NCBI GenBank assembly: GCA_943704425.1 | Contig: CALSCP010001080.1 | Location: forward strand, 1-49,916 | DNA length: 49,916 nt | Direction: 5' to 3' | Origin: Ministeria vibrans ATCC 50519 | Taxonomy: Eukaryota > Protista > Filasterea | Made by a program: the position numbers and the translations under genes | Shown here: one piece after another, positions 14,705 to 27,760 of the stretch | Numbering within the stretch: position 1 is the stretch's first letter | Layout of the letters: each line of letters starts with the position of its first letter | The notes under the pieces: model-generated | Told to the model about the DNA's origin: nothing | Database searches by the model: none | The model's input: the letters and a program-made list of their open reading frames with translations, nothing else

Positions 14705-17700
14705 ATGGCACACCGCCCTGCGGGATCGTCAAGCGTTGCGGGAGCTGCTGGACTTGGCATGTCGTCGACCTTTGGCTCGTGCTCCATCTGCTCCGGCTGG
14801 CTCACCAAACAAGGCGGCCAACGCAAAACCTGGAAGCGCCGCTGGTTCGTGCTCAGCGGCGAGCTGCTGAGCTACTACAAGGTAGGTCGTTTGCGGTGTC
14901 TTGCCATCGCCCCTGCATCCCTCCCTGCCCCCTTCGCGTTTGATTGTGGAGGGAAGGAAAACACGCGACGTCTTCCGAACCACACGAAAATCTCTTTTGC
15001 CCACAGGATAGCAACGGAGGCACGCCTCTGGGAGCCATCGACATGACCATGTGCAGTGGCTGGGGCGACACCAAGGTGCCGGACAAGCCGAACGCCCTCG
15101 AAATCCGCCTGACCAAGCGCACGTACATTGTGTACTCGGAGACCAAGAGCGAAATCGACGCGTGGAAGAGTGCCCTCGAGCAGGTGGTCGACCGCGACGG
15201 CCGTGTCATCAACCCTCCTGATGGTGCTCGTCGCGGCACATTTGCAGCGGCCGCCGCAGCCGCTGCGGCCGCTGCGGCCGCCGCCTCGTCCGCCAATGTG
15301 TTTGCCCATGACACCGGCGAAACGGAAAAGGTCCAGGATCGTCTGGACGCGGCGCTCGAGCGCATCCAAGAGCTCGAGGCGGACTTGGACGAAAAGTCGG
15401 CAAGCCTCAAGGGTGTCGGGGCCGAACTGGCACAGGCGCAGGAGCACGCAGCCGCCGACACGGAGGCACTTTGCAGACTGCGCGAGGCACTCGAGGAAGC
15501 GCAGCGTCGCAAGACCGACGAAATGCAACAGCTCAACGTCGAACTGGCCAATGCCAAGACACACATTGACGAACTCGATGCGTCGCTGTCGCAAGCCATG
15601 GCGGAGTCGGCCGCCAAGGTCGCCGCAAGCGAACTCGAAGCACGCGACCATGAAATCGCCACGCTCGTCAAGCAAGTCGCCGAAATGGAGCAGATGCAGG
15701 AGGAGGCGGAGAGCGAGCATGCGGCTCAGATCGACCGCCTCACCGAGCGTGTCACCAAACTACAAGGCGTGGAGCAGCAGCTCGTCGAGCAGCATGCTGC
15801 GTCGCTTGCTGCCGAGAACCGCCTCAATGAAATGCAGGAGCGCGCTTTTGCCGCCGAGCGCAACAGCACAGTGCAACGCAACGAGTTTGAGCAGGCACTG
15901 CGCGACCTCAAGTCCAAGCGCCAGCAAGACCAGGCGGAGTTTGAGACGGTTCTTGTGGCGGCTACGGCCGCCTCAACGGGCCTCACGGATTCCGCTGAGA
16001 AACTCGCCGTCGCCGAAGCACAACTACTGGCGGCGCAAGAGGAGCTTGAGAACTCGCGACAGGCGTGTGCCGCTGCCGAGGCTCGTGCAGCACAACTCGA
16101 AGCGGACGCTGCAGCATCACACGAGTCGTTCAATGCCCAGTTGGCCACGGCCGTTACCACGGCGGCCGAACACGATACGCGGCTCAGGGAATCCCAGCAG
16201 TCGCTGGACGAAAAGGACTCGCTCGTGGCAGAGCTGCGCGAACAACTTGAAGCGAGCGAAAACAAGACCGTCGAGGCCGAGCGCGATGCTATTGCTGCAA
16301 GCGAACGTGCCGCGGCTCTGACCACGAGCATGGAACAGAGCCAGGTGCAACATGCAGAGGAGCTCGCGCAACGCGACACAGCCGCTCGCGACCTCGAGCA
16401 GAAAGTAGAAGACCTCGAACGTTCGCTTGCCGACACGAGTGGCTCTCACGACCAGCAGGTCCTTGCCCTCACCGAACGTGTTGCCGAACTCACACGAGAG
16501 CGCGACGAACGCCAGCAGGAAGTGGACGCCGAGAAGGCGCGTGTGTCAGAGGCGCACGGGCAGCTCGCAGCAGCGCAGAGCGAGCACGAGACGACTGTGT
16601 CGTCGCTCAAGGAACAGCTCGAGGCGCAGCTGGCCGCGCTGACGGAAGCAAAGGCACAGTCGGACGAGGCGGGTGCCGTCGCATCAGCACGCATCGTTGA
16701 AATTGAAGCGAAACTAGCACAAGCAGAGGCGCAGGTGAGCGAGACGGCCGCTCACTCGAGTGAGGCGAGTGCGGCCGCTTCGGCGCGCATTGCTGAAGTC
16801 GAGGAGAAGCTTGCTCATGCAGAATCACAGCTTGCGGAGACCAACGCGCAGTCGAGCGAGTCGAGCGTCGCTGCTGCAGCGCGCCTTGTTGAACTCGAAG
16901 AGAATTTGGCGCAGACCGAGGCACAGCTGACCAGTGTGCAGTCGGAGTCTGATGCTTTGTCGGCGCGTGCGACTCAACTCGAGGAGCAGCTCAAGAGTGC
17001 AGCGAGCGAGCACGAGGACACGGTGGCACAGCTGAAGACGCAGGCGAGCGATGCTGAAGCGGAACACACGCGTGCGCTGCAGGTGTTGCACGACGAGAAA
17101 GACCGCCTCTCGGCCGAACACGAGTCGGCGGCGGACGAGCTGCAGACGCAACTGGCAACGATCCAAGGCGAACTCGAAGAGCTTCGTGGGCGGATCAGCG
17201 TTGCTGCCGAGGCTGCACAGGCGGCAGACGAACACGCTGCCGTGCTGTCCTCTCAGCTCCAAGAGAAGACGGCCGAGTGTGCGCGTCTAACGGCGAAGCT
17301 CGACGATGCCACGCGTGTCATTGATCAGCATGTCGTCGAGGCGGAAAGTACACGTGCACAACTTGCCGAGGCCGTGGGCTCGCAGCAGAGCCAGGTCGCC
17401 CTTCTGTCGGAGACCCTCGCCGAAAAATCAGCGCAACTGACGACTCTGGACGAACAACTTGCGGCGGCGAACGAGTCGCTGGCGCAGGCACAGCAGCAGA
17501 TGACGCTGCAGCAGGAGGAAGCGACACAGTCGGTCGAGAAGGTGGTGCACCTTGAGGCGCAGCTGAGCGAGTCAACGGCGCGTGTGGACTCACTGAACAC
17601 AGAGTGCGAAGAGGAGCGTGCCCGAGTGGCCAGCCTGCAGGTGGCAGCCGAGCAGGCGACGCGCGATCACGAGCAGAAGGTGGAGGACTTGGAGAAGTCA

Positions 17701-19347
17701 CTGGCAGCGACCAGCGGCACGCACGACGAGCAGTTGACACTGTTGACTGAGCGTGTCGCCGATGTGGAGCGCCAGCGAGACGAGCGACAGCAGCAGCTGG
17801 ACGACGAGCAACGAAGCGTGAGCGAACTTACGACTAGCCTCGAGAGCACTCGCGCCGACCTCGCACAGACACAACAATCGCTTACAAGTGTCCAGACTCA
17901 ACTCGACGAGAAGGTCATGGAGCTGCAGTATGCGGTGCGTGCTCACGAGGAGTCACGTTTAGCCATTGAGGCGAGTCTTGCAACGGCCGTTGCAGCTCAC
18001 GAGGCGCGTGAAAGCGCCCTCACCGACGCTACCAAGACACAGACAGACCGCATTGTGCAACTCGAAGCTAGCCTTTCAGCGGCTGAGTCAACGCGCGACA
18101 CGCACGCACAGTCTATTGCGTCGCTCGAGCGCGAAGCCCTTCGTCTTAACGAACAGCTTGCCGCCGCAGGTGAGGCCGCTACAGCCGCTGCTGCGGCTCA
18201 CACGCTCGCTGTTGCAGAGGGCGCCGCCGAACGCACTCGTCTGCAGACCAACGTTGAGCGTCTTGAAGGTGAACTGGCGACGGCCCAGGCAAAGCTGGAG
18301 TCCACGTGCGCTGATGCGGAGAGCGCCATGGAGACGCGCACACATGAATATGAGGACAAGGTGCGACAACTTGAGGAGACCATTGAACAGGGAAAGACGG
18401 CATTGGCTGCGTCGGTTGCGCGGCTCGAGAGTGAACATGGTGCGTCGCTCGCCGGAGTGCGTGGCTCGCTCGAGACTGAGCGCGATCAGCTGCAGGCGCG
18501 TGTCGTTGAACTTGAGCCTCTTGTGGAGCGCTTGGCCGCGTCGGAGGCGTCTCTGTCGAGCGAGCAAGCGGCGCTTGACGAGACACGCAGCGAACTTGAG
18601 CACACGCAGACGGAGGCAACAAGCCTCGCGGAGCGTCTTGCGGACGTCGAGAAGACTATGACGGAGACAAGCGATGCGCTTGTTGCGGAGAAGGCGGCTC
18701 ACACCGTCGCCGAAGAACGTGCGACCGAGTTGAACACGCGTGTGGAGACGCTCACGGCCGAGCTGGCGACTGCGACGGAAACGATGGAGCGCGTGAAGCG
18801 CGAGACGGACGAGCGCCTTGCCGAGATGGAGAAGGAAGTGGAGACGCACAAGAGCGAGCGGGTGCGTGTCGAAGAGGACTGTCGTGCACGCATGTCCGAC
18901 ATGGAGGTGCAGTTGTCGGCGGCCATGGCGTGTGTGGATGCGAGCAAGTCGTCGGCAGAGGGGGCCAACGAGAAGAATGCAGCGCGTGCCGAGGCGCTTA
19001 CGCAACAGCTCGCGGCGGCACAGTTGAAGGCAGAGGAGACGCGCCGTAAGACTGCCCAGCGTGTTGACGAGCTCACAGGTCAACTGACCGAGGCGGCCGC
19101 TGCAGCGTCTGCTGCGGCGACCATTGCCAGCGAACAGCGTGCGCGCGCCGAGGCCAGCGAACTCGAGTGTCTCTCCAAGGCAAACGTCATTGCGAAGCTC
19201 CGCTCTGACATTGCTGCGCTGGGTGGGTCGACTGACGCTGAGGTGCAGCAGGAGTCATCGGAGGGTGCCGCTCTGGCGGAGGAGGCAACGGACAAGAGCG
19301 AGGCGGAGGCGACAGCAGCTGAGGACGATGACGATGAGTCAGACTCG

Positions 19348-19379
<32 letters not shown>

Positions 19380-20233
19380 TGACGACGACGAGGACGACGA
19401 AGCCCCTGCTGGTGGTGCAACACAGAGTTTAGCGGAGAAGGAAGCGATGATTGTGCAGCTTCGCAATGCATACTCGTCGGCACTCGAGAGTCAGTTTCAG
19501 CAGACCGCTGCGTTGACGGCCGAGAAGGAACGTGCCGATGCGCTGGAGAGTGAACTGAATGCGCTCAAGAAGGAGATGGAAGAAAAGCAGGCGGAGTGGA
19601 AGTTGCAAAAGACGGACGATGGTGACGACAAGAATGACGGCGAGGACGACGACAATGAGGGGGCGAACACACAAATGCAGGAGATGCTGGCGGCGATGGA
19701 GACATCGACGGCTGAGCGCGAGCGGCTCATGAACGAACTGAGCGCGTCTGCCGAGCAAGTGCGCAGTCTGCAGACACAACTGGAGCGCGCCAAGATGCAG
19801 TTGGCGGAAGGCTCGACGGACGCGGCCAAGGACAAGCGCATTGCCGAGTTGGAGGAGCAGTTGGTACACGTGATCGTATCGTATTAATGTTAAGCACTAT
19901 TGTATTAACAATGATTATTGTTTGTAGCGTGAGTCCAAGGCAAATGTTCCAAAGGAGTCTGTCCCGCCGACTTCTAGTGTTCCCGTCCCTGCGACCGCCG
20001 AAGCCAAGTATGACAGAAAGTGTGTAGTAGTCGAATAGTGGTCTTTCTCGTTCTCTTTTGCGTTGCTGACTCGCTCCCCTCCATCTTCATGTTACTTGTG
20101 CTGTAGGAATGCGGAGAGCAGCGGTAGCAGCAGTAGCAGTGGCACATCCGCAGAGCTGACGGCCGAGGAAAAGAAGGCGGCCGCGTTTCGGAAAATGCAG
20201 CAGCTCAAGGCCAAGAAGAAGGGAAAGAAGTGA
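14705..20233 (+). CDS. N-terminal PH domain plus very long coiled-coil protein, acidic patch, polybasic C-terminus
   Basis: Exons 14705-14881, 15007-19863, 19928-~20007, 20107-20233. PH motif GWLTKQGG..KTWKRRWFVL..YYK..RTY..W..AL; more than 1500 aa of A/E/L/Q heptads; ends KAKKKGKK-stop. Confidence 0.88.
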
Positions 20234-20366
20234 GTTTTATTGATACACTTTCTTTTTTTTTACATACATTATTCATTCAAACGTATACCTTCTTATTCTT
20301 CTCTCTTTTCCATAATAAGAATAAAAATACAATAAAATTATTATTCTTATTATTACACGCAGCGAA

Positions 20367-22080
20367 TCACTCGATGATCATGCACTCGGAGTCAGACACG
20401 TCCGACTCGTCGTTGCCGTCCTCTCCGTCACCCTCGCCATCGCATTCATCCCTCGCCGTCTCTTTACACCACGTCTGCACCACTAATTCCGTCATATTGC
20501 GTCGCTTGTCGGCAATGTCGCGAGGGGTGAACCACTGATGCACGTCAATTTTTCGACGCGACAGGTCCATTTTGGCGCGGACGCTGCGCTGCAGAAACTT
20601 CTCCATATTGGACAATACAAACACACCGCAATCGGAGTAGTTATCTTGCGTTGGACACTACACACACATATATATAATATAATTAAGTGAGATACAAACA
20701 TATTTGCCGAGTGGGCGATAGTTGTTGTTGCGTCACCTTGACGACTCGTCCGGGAAATACGGAACTGCTGAAGACAATCTCGGGTCCGTCGGGGTAGCGC
20801 GCCTTCCACTCCGAAGTGAGATAACTGCAACACGAATGAGACGCAATCAATCCACGTATGCACGGGGTCAAATGTCGTACTTGAGAATGTTTTGGCCGGT
20901 AGAGAGTTTCCAGTTGGAAGTCTGCAGTGAGTCAAAGAGAAGAAGCGACGGCACTTCTCTGTCCAACTCCACCTCCATAATTTCGTCATCGGGAGAAAGC
21001 TCAGAGCTCGCCTCAGTTGGACTGGTCGTGGTGGCGGCAGCGGTGACGAAGGCAGGCCGTTTGTTGAGTGGTTCATCCCCCTCTTTATCGTCGTCGTCAC
21101 TTTCCTCCTCGACGATTCCCTCGTCCCGCTCCTTCCTCTTCCTCTTTCGCTCCTTCTTCACATTTTGTTCACTATGAGGCACTGCAACGCACTACACACG
21201 AAAAAAATAATTAGCGAAATAGCAATAACAACATACAACAAACTTACGTTGAAGGAAAACAAATTCAACGTTTTGGGCTCACACGAGTCTTGTGAGTCAT
21301 CGCCCTCCTGCACTGTTTGCGTTCCATGCAACTCAGGCGACGACTCACCTCCATCGCCATCACTGTCGTCCTCCTCGTCACTCAACTGCTCTTCAACTGT
21401 TCCCCTCGCAGCTACACTCTCCACATCCTCCATGGCACTCGATTCAAAAGACATCTGCGAGTCAGATTCGTCGCCTCCTTCCCCCTCCCCGTCCCCCTCC
21501 TCTTTCTCTTCTTCTTCCTCACACCGCGGTTGATCCTCCTCCATCGCAGCGGACGCAGCTGCTTCCGCTGTCTCTTCCCCTTCCTCCCCTCTCACCTCAC
21601 TGTTTGGCGGGCCCTTCAGCAGCGGATGCTACAAACACATACACACACACCAAGTCAGTCAGGAAACAGTGCAGACACGCACATATGCATACACACAACA
21701 ATTATCTCTGCGTACGTCAGTTGCGCCCTTTTCCCTCAGTTTCTTGCGGACAAATTTGTTCAGGTGGCTCACCACCATTACATACCAGTGCTGTCTGCAG
21801 AGGAAATAAGAACAGTCAAGGAATATTAAACAGTCAAAATAAAAATAACAATAACAACAATAAAAAATAATAATAATAATGATAATAATTAATGACACTG
21901 ACTGTTCGTTGATGGGAATGACGACAAAATCCTTTGTGAAGATATTGAAACGAGATGTCCACCGCCGCACATTCTCATGCTGTTCAGCAATCTTCTGAGC
22001 CTTGGAAAGACCCCTGAAAAAAAAATCAAAAATACGGAGAGAGAAACAAAATATGAGTGATAAACAGAGAAGAAAAAAAA

Positions 22081-22160
<80 letters not shown>

Positions 22161-22291
22161 GAACGAGAAACAAATATAATGTTTGGATGTACGATGATGA
22201 TGGGCGAGTGATGAGTCGTGTGTAAAAGTAAGTGCTGAAAATGTGCGTTTTGGGTTTGTCGTCGTCGTCGATGAACTTCTGGAAGATGTAC
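20367..22291 (-). CDS. SUMO protease, Ulp2/SENP6-7 type (peptidase C48); 5' part missing
   Basis: Spliced motifs HIFSTYFYTRL, VRRWT..FNIFTKDFVVIPINE, HWY (His), LLFDSL (Asp), TQDNYSDCGVF (Gln/Cys); long acidic insertions between His and Asp. Confidence 0.88.
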
Positions 22292-22340
22292 CTACAAGAA
22301 CACAATAGGAACACAGACAAAGTATGTATGTATGTGTTAA

Positions 22341-22435
<95 letters not shown>

Positions 22436-22470
22436 TGTGTGTGCGTGTGTGTGTGTGTGTGTGATAGAGA
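22083..22470. repeat. (GT)n and (GA)n microsatellites in introns flanking the first visible SENP exon
   Basis: Directly visible at about 22083-22157 and 22341-22470. Confidence 0.95.
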
Positions 22471-22540
22471 GTGAGAGAGAGCAAAGCAAAAACGAACAAA
22501 AAAAGAAACACCTTGCAGTACACAGTGCGTAGCGTCGTAC

Positions 22541-25500
22541 CTGATGCTGGGCCAAAAGAGACTCCACTCTGCGTCGCGAATACTCCGCATCATGGTACTT
22601 CTGTTGCCAATCAGAGTCATCATCCCCCATTCCAATCGAGTGCTTCTTCTGCATCAGGAAGAAAGCATGCTTCTGCTCGGCCAACAACACTTCAACGTGT
22701 TCCAGTGCTTTCACAGACCGTCTTCGCACACAGGTAATAAAGTGAGTGGTAAGGAATCTTTTGAATTGATATACTCTTACTTGAGTTCTCCTCGATCGGC
22801 ACGCTGAGCCGCTTCCAATTGTTTGACTCGCTCACGCAGCACACGCACTGTCTCACTCTGCTCCCCTTCCGCATTTCCACTCCCACTACTAGTACAACCA
22901 CTCTTGTGGTCGGCCGGTCGCACTGTGACTGCCCCTTTGTCGTCAAGCATCACTGTCACACTCGAGATGGTCACTTGCGGTGGTAGCTTCGCCGGTTTCT
23001 TGTGTGTCTCTTCCGTCGCGTTGTCGCGTGCCACTGCCAGTACATCCGCAGCATCATCACTGTCATGTACTCCACCAGACCACTCGCGGCGCAACTCTCC
23101 ATAGCTGTCGTCCCCATCACCTCTCTCACCCTGCTCCAGCACCACTCCACAGTTGGTCACCGTCGCTTGAACAGGTGTGTTCGACGACTTGGCATAGTCA
23201 TCGAGAAAGGGCGCAACCCGGTCCATCTTGGCCTGGTCCATCTTGAGCCACACGCCACTCACCTCCACTGCAATCTTCTTCTTCTCCTCCACTGCCGCCG
23301 GCGCTGGCGCCCCCGTCCCTGCAACAGGCTCCGTCGCCGTTGTTACAAACGCCGCCTCGGCATCCAGTCGCACGCGCACTGCCGCGTCCATCCCTGCGTC
23401 GCCGTCGCACAATGGCTGGTCCATCAGGTCCAGTTCAACGCTCGCCGTCAGATCGCCCTGGTGTTGATTTGTCGCCTCCGCCACCTCCGAGCAGTCCTTT
23501 ACTTCCACCTTTTCCACCACCACTTTGGTGACACTGTTTAATTTGATATCCTCGGCTCCAAAGGACGACTCGTTGGTCACCTGAATGTGATGTGCATGCA
23601 ACACCAAAATCTCACGGTCTGCCACAGCCTTGTCGTATGACTCCACCAACGCAACGCACACCTCGTCAATGGCAACACACGCAAGCGATGTAGGGTCGCC
23701 GTGCATTGCCGCTCGTTGAGCACGCATCAACGGCACACCAAAGTCAAGGCGTTCTTCCGCGACGTGCTGTAGGTACTGGAACACGTCGCGCGTGAGCTGC
23801 AGACGGATTGGATCGGACACGGCAACAAAGATCTGTTGGAACCAGACGGTAGGGTCGGCTGGTGTGAGTCCATTGCCCTTCTGCGCGTTGGGAGGGCACA
23901 GCACGACCGAGAGCGACACGGGGTCCATGATGGGAATACGTTCGGCACGGGGACGGGGTCGGATCTCGAGCCAGACCGATTCCACGTCCACCTGGATCTC
24001 ACTGTGCCATTTCCAGGCGCCCGCAGGCGGTATGCCATCGTCGATGGGAATGAGCGACGGCTGTTGAAAGTCGTCATCGCCGACAGGGGGCAGACATGGG
24101 GTGTGTTCCCACGGAAACAGTGATGTGTCACCAAGAAAGAGGCGGCGATGGTAGAAGACCCAAGGGGGCACAATGGGTCCCGTGGTGCAGCCATGGTTGT
24201 TTACAATGGTCACCTTGGACGCACTGAGACGCATGACAATGCCCGACACACGCTCGGGGCCCGTGTGACCACTGTGCGGCGGCAAAATGAGCGTAGGCAT
24301 GCGCATTTCAATGTGCATCGCTATTGGATCAGGGTCACTGTCTGTAGCAGAAGGAGCAGAGGAAGACGCCGTACTATCGGCACACGTAGCAGTGGTAGAG
24401 GTAGTGGCGGCGGCGGCGGCAGCGGCAGCAGCAGCAGCAGCAGCAGCAGATGGCTGTTTGCTGCGGCGTCGATTGGTAGTGTAGGCGAGACGAGCAATAG
24501 AGTTGGCGGCGGACAAGTCATCAATGGCATCGACGGCAAACTCGTAGATTTTAAGCCAATTGACACGGTCAAAGACGAGCTCCAATGGATTGACAATGGC
24601 CCGCAAAGTAGGCATGGGTACGTCGTCGAGTCCCCAACGGAAGGACGCCTTGCTCCCCTTGGACGAAGCAGCGGACGAAGAGGAAGGAGGAGTAGAAGCG
24701 TGACTTGGGGCGTTGGATGGCGTGGTGCCGTGATGAGACGCTTGGCCCTTGGCGACGGTCGACGTCATGCGAAAGTAGTCGTGGTACTCGACCTGAATAA
24801 ATGGGGTGTCTGGAGGTAACACCAGTGTGGTGTTGTTCATACTGACCATGCGCGTGTAGTCAGCGTGCTGTCCTTCGTGCGAGACGGTAGGCAGAATGAT
24901 GAGATTGCCACAGCGGAAGTGCGTCTTGGAGACACGCAGGCCATGCAGCATATCCGGTGGGAGGTGCGAATGGAGGCGCTCGACCCACGGGTCGCGACGG
25001 GTCTTGCGATACTCAATGTCGGGGAAGTGTTGCAGACGCACATTCTCAATAGAGATCATTGCAATCGCCTGCGACTTCTCCGAGTTATCAGCGATGCGCA
25101 CAACAAGGCGTTCCAAATGGGCCGTGAGCACATTGGCAGCAACATCCACATTGGCATCGATGAAGACAAAGTCGTCGTCGGTCGCGGCACTTGACTGTGG
25201 ATGCGTCGACGTCGACGACTCACCGCCCAGACTACTGCCCGTCTGAGTGCGCGGACGGGCGCCTGATGACGACGACAGCGGCGTTGTCGATCCAGACGTG
25301 CTTGCACTGCCCTTGGAGACACTAGGTGAGCTTGGTGTGGGCGGCTGTAGGCTTGTCGTGCCACTGCGAGGTGCATTGCTCAGTCGCATTGACACCTGAT
25401 CCGCCAGAGCCCTTTGCTCTTCGAGAATTTTCTTGCGATCCGCCTCTTCACGTCGAAAGCGATTTTCACGATCCACCAACGCACTAATAAGCGTCACCAG

Positions 25501-26663
25501 ACCAAACGTGACACGCAATTGTGGACGCGACACCTCCCAAATGACATCGTCCAGAAGAATCTGCTTCTCAACGGCAACCACTTCAGAGTCGCTCAGACGT
25601 TTCTTCGACTATGTGCGTGAGTATGTGTGTGTGTGTGTGTGTGTGTTAGTATGAAAGAGAAACTCTGTGTTGAAATGGTAGTAGGTGAAAGAAAGTAAGA
25701 GTTGATAATAAAAGGTACCTGAAGGCGAATGTCGACACGAGGGAGTGCCATGAGCATGCGGTCGGGCTCGCCGGCACACGCAGCCGTGTCCGTAATGGCA
25801 ATCTTGACTTCTTGTAGGGTGATCTGCTTGTAAAGCACGACGTACAGGCCGTTGGGCTGAAGCACACGTGTGCGTGGCAGCTCGGCAGCCTTCCACTTGG
25901 GGTCGGTGGAGCGTACGCCGAGACGGACCAGGTCGAGCTGGAGGGTGTACCCGGGTGCCTTGACATGCACTTGGATGCGCCCGACAAAGAGCGAGATGCC
26001 GTCGCCAATCTTGCCCATTGTGCTGTACTTTTCCAGTTTGCTTTCGAGCATCTGTTTCAGCTTGGCGCTTTGTTCCTGGAGCGCAAAAAAAATCAAACAA
26101 AAGAGAGAGAGGAGATCAAAAATAATCGATGAAACCAAAACAAAAAAAACGCCCAATTCGCTTACTTTGACGCGCCGCGTGTGGTGAGCGCCAAGACCAT
26201 CGTCTCGTACTTCAACGTGCACGTCCACCTTGTCGATGTGCACCACAATCGGCTCCGTTTTGTACTTGAGAAGTTGTATTCTAAATTGAACCTACGAACC
26301 AAAAAAACGAACCATCCGACGATTAGAACACGCAACGCCACTTCTCGCCACTCTCTCACCTTGTTCGCGCGCGCAGACACCAGCCGAACGCAATCGGGGA
26401 AGCCCAGGGTCTCCTGAAGGATCTAAAGTGGCCCAGGCGAGGCGGAAAGGAGGAGGGGAAGTTTTAGAGGGATGACAATGAGTGGAAAAAGAGGAAAGGG
26501 ACGCAAGAGAGCACAGGCGGAGGGCACGCACCTCTTCGTCGAGCTCGAGATCGTTGAACTCGCCGGTGCCCTTGAAGAGCGACAGATTGATGTTGTTCTT
26601 TTCGAGTCCTTTACAGAAGAGACTCAAACGTTTGATGATCTCCTTCTTGATGATGCCCGTCAT
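22541..26663 (-). CDS. BLTP3: Bridge-like lipid transfer protein BLTP3/UHRF1BP1(L)/SHIP164-like; terminal exon not found
   Basis: Chorein_N start MTGIIKKEIIKRLSLFCKGL..INLSLFKGTGEFNDLELDEE, KTEPIVVHIDKV, IGDGISLFV, STDPKWK, KKRLSD..ILLDDVIW; C-terminal coiled coil. Confidence 0.88.
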
Positions 26664-27133
26664 GTCGCAAGGTGGGAGGGGGGGGAGGCGCAGCGACGCA
26701 AGACTCAGACACAGTCAATTACACGGAGTCGCAGAGATCACAGAGGCAAAGTTAAATGAATAATTTTACGACGTGAATAGTGGAATTCCCAATTATTTAG
26801 TGTGCTAATTAGTCTCAATCTCAAAGATGTAAAAAAAAGGAAAGAAGAATAATACAAAATTAAATTGAGTAATATTAACGAGTACAGCTATAAATAACAG
26901 CTTTGAGCTTTCGAGTGAGTTTCGATTCTCTATTGATTATTGATTTTCATAGTTGAAGAACAACAAGTCACTGCGTCACTGGACTTATCATATGTATGGC
27001 CTCACTAGTCACTGGGCTGTGGACTCACGGGACTGTCGACCCAGTGCTCAGTGAGCTAGGTCCTGAGTCAAAAAAGTACGCAACCTCTTCAGGATCACTA
27101 ATCCGGCGGGGAAGACAAAAAAACGTCTTTTTA

Positions 27134-27760
27134 TTAGTGGTTGCGGGGTTTCTTTGACGCAGATCCGCCTTGAGTCTCGTGTCGTCGTGCCGAGGACGGC
27201 GCAGAGTTTGTAGGGTTCGTAGAACTCGTAGGGGTTGCAGCCGCTGCAGCCGCTGCTGCTGCAGGAGCAGACCGGGGTACCGGAGTCGTTGGCGCTCCTC
27301 TCGAGCTCGTGGTTGCCCGGATCTCTTCCGCGCGACGAACTGCATCAGCAAGTTGCTGCTCGAGACGAGCCACGGTTTGCGCCGCAGCTTCATTTGCTCT
27401 GATAGCTTCTCGGTCCTCGCGCTCTCGCTCCTTGATGACCCCCGACACAAACTCACTGCTCCACGCATTGTCGGGGAGATTGTGTATGGCGATGCCTCTC
27501 TCCGCCGGGAGCGTGCTGGAGAGCTTGACGGGGGTCAGCGTGCACCTGTCGCTGAGTTTGAATTTGATCATGGCGCATGTGCGAATGCGATCATGGTGGA
27601 GGCGCGGATGCGTGCAGATGAGCATGTGCCGCCCATCCTCTTCCACCAGGAACAGGTTGAGACGCGTCGACTGTGCCTCCGCAGCCACTGCCCGCGTTCC
27701 AGCCGCAGCGCTTGCAGCCGCTGATTCGCGATCGGGGATTGCTGATTGTTCCGCTCCCAT
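27134..27760 (-). CDS. Hypothetical 208-aa single-exon protein with N-myristoylation motif and short coiled coil
   Basis: Starts MGAEQS (MGxxxS); GC-rich ORF with AT-rich flanks. Confidence 0.7.
   Translation of the reverse strand: MGAEQSAIPDRESAAASAAAGTRAVAAEAQSTRLNLFLVEEDGRHMLICTHPRLHHDRIRTCAMIKFKLSDRCTLTPVKLSSTLPAERGIAIHNLPDNAWSSEFVSGVIKEREREDREAIRANEAAAQTVARLEQQLADAVRRAEEIRATTSSRGAPTTPVPRSAPAAAAAAAAATPTSSTNPTNSAPSSARRHETQGGSASKKPRNH

Noticed and set aside
14853-19869. Many long antisense and alternate-frame ORFs over the coiled-coil gene and other GC-rich exons
   Set aside because: Shadow ORFs from GC-rich codon usage; no domain motifs.
20367-26663. True BLTP3-SENP fusion protein
   Set aside because: Splice phases are incompatible and the start of the SENP catalytic domain is missing.
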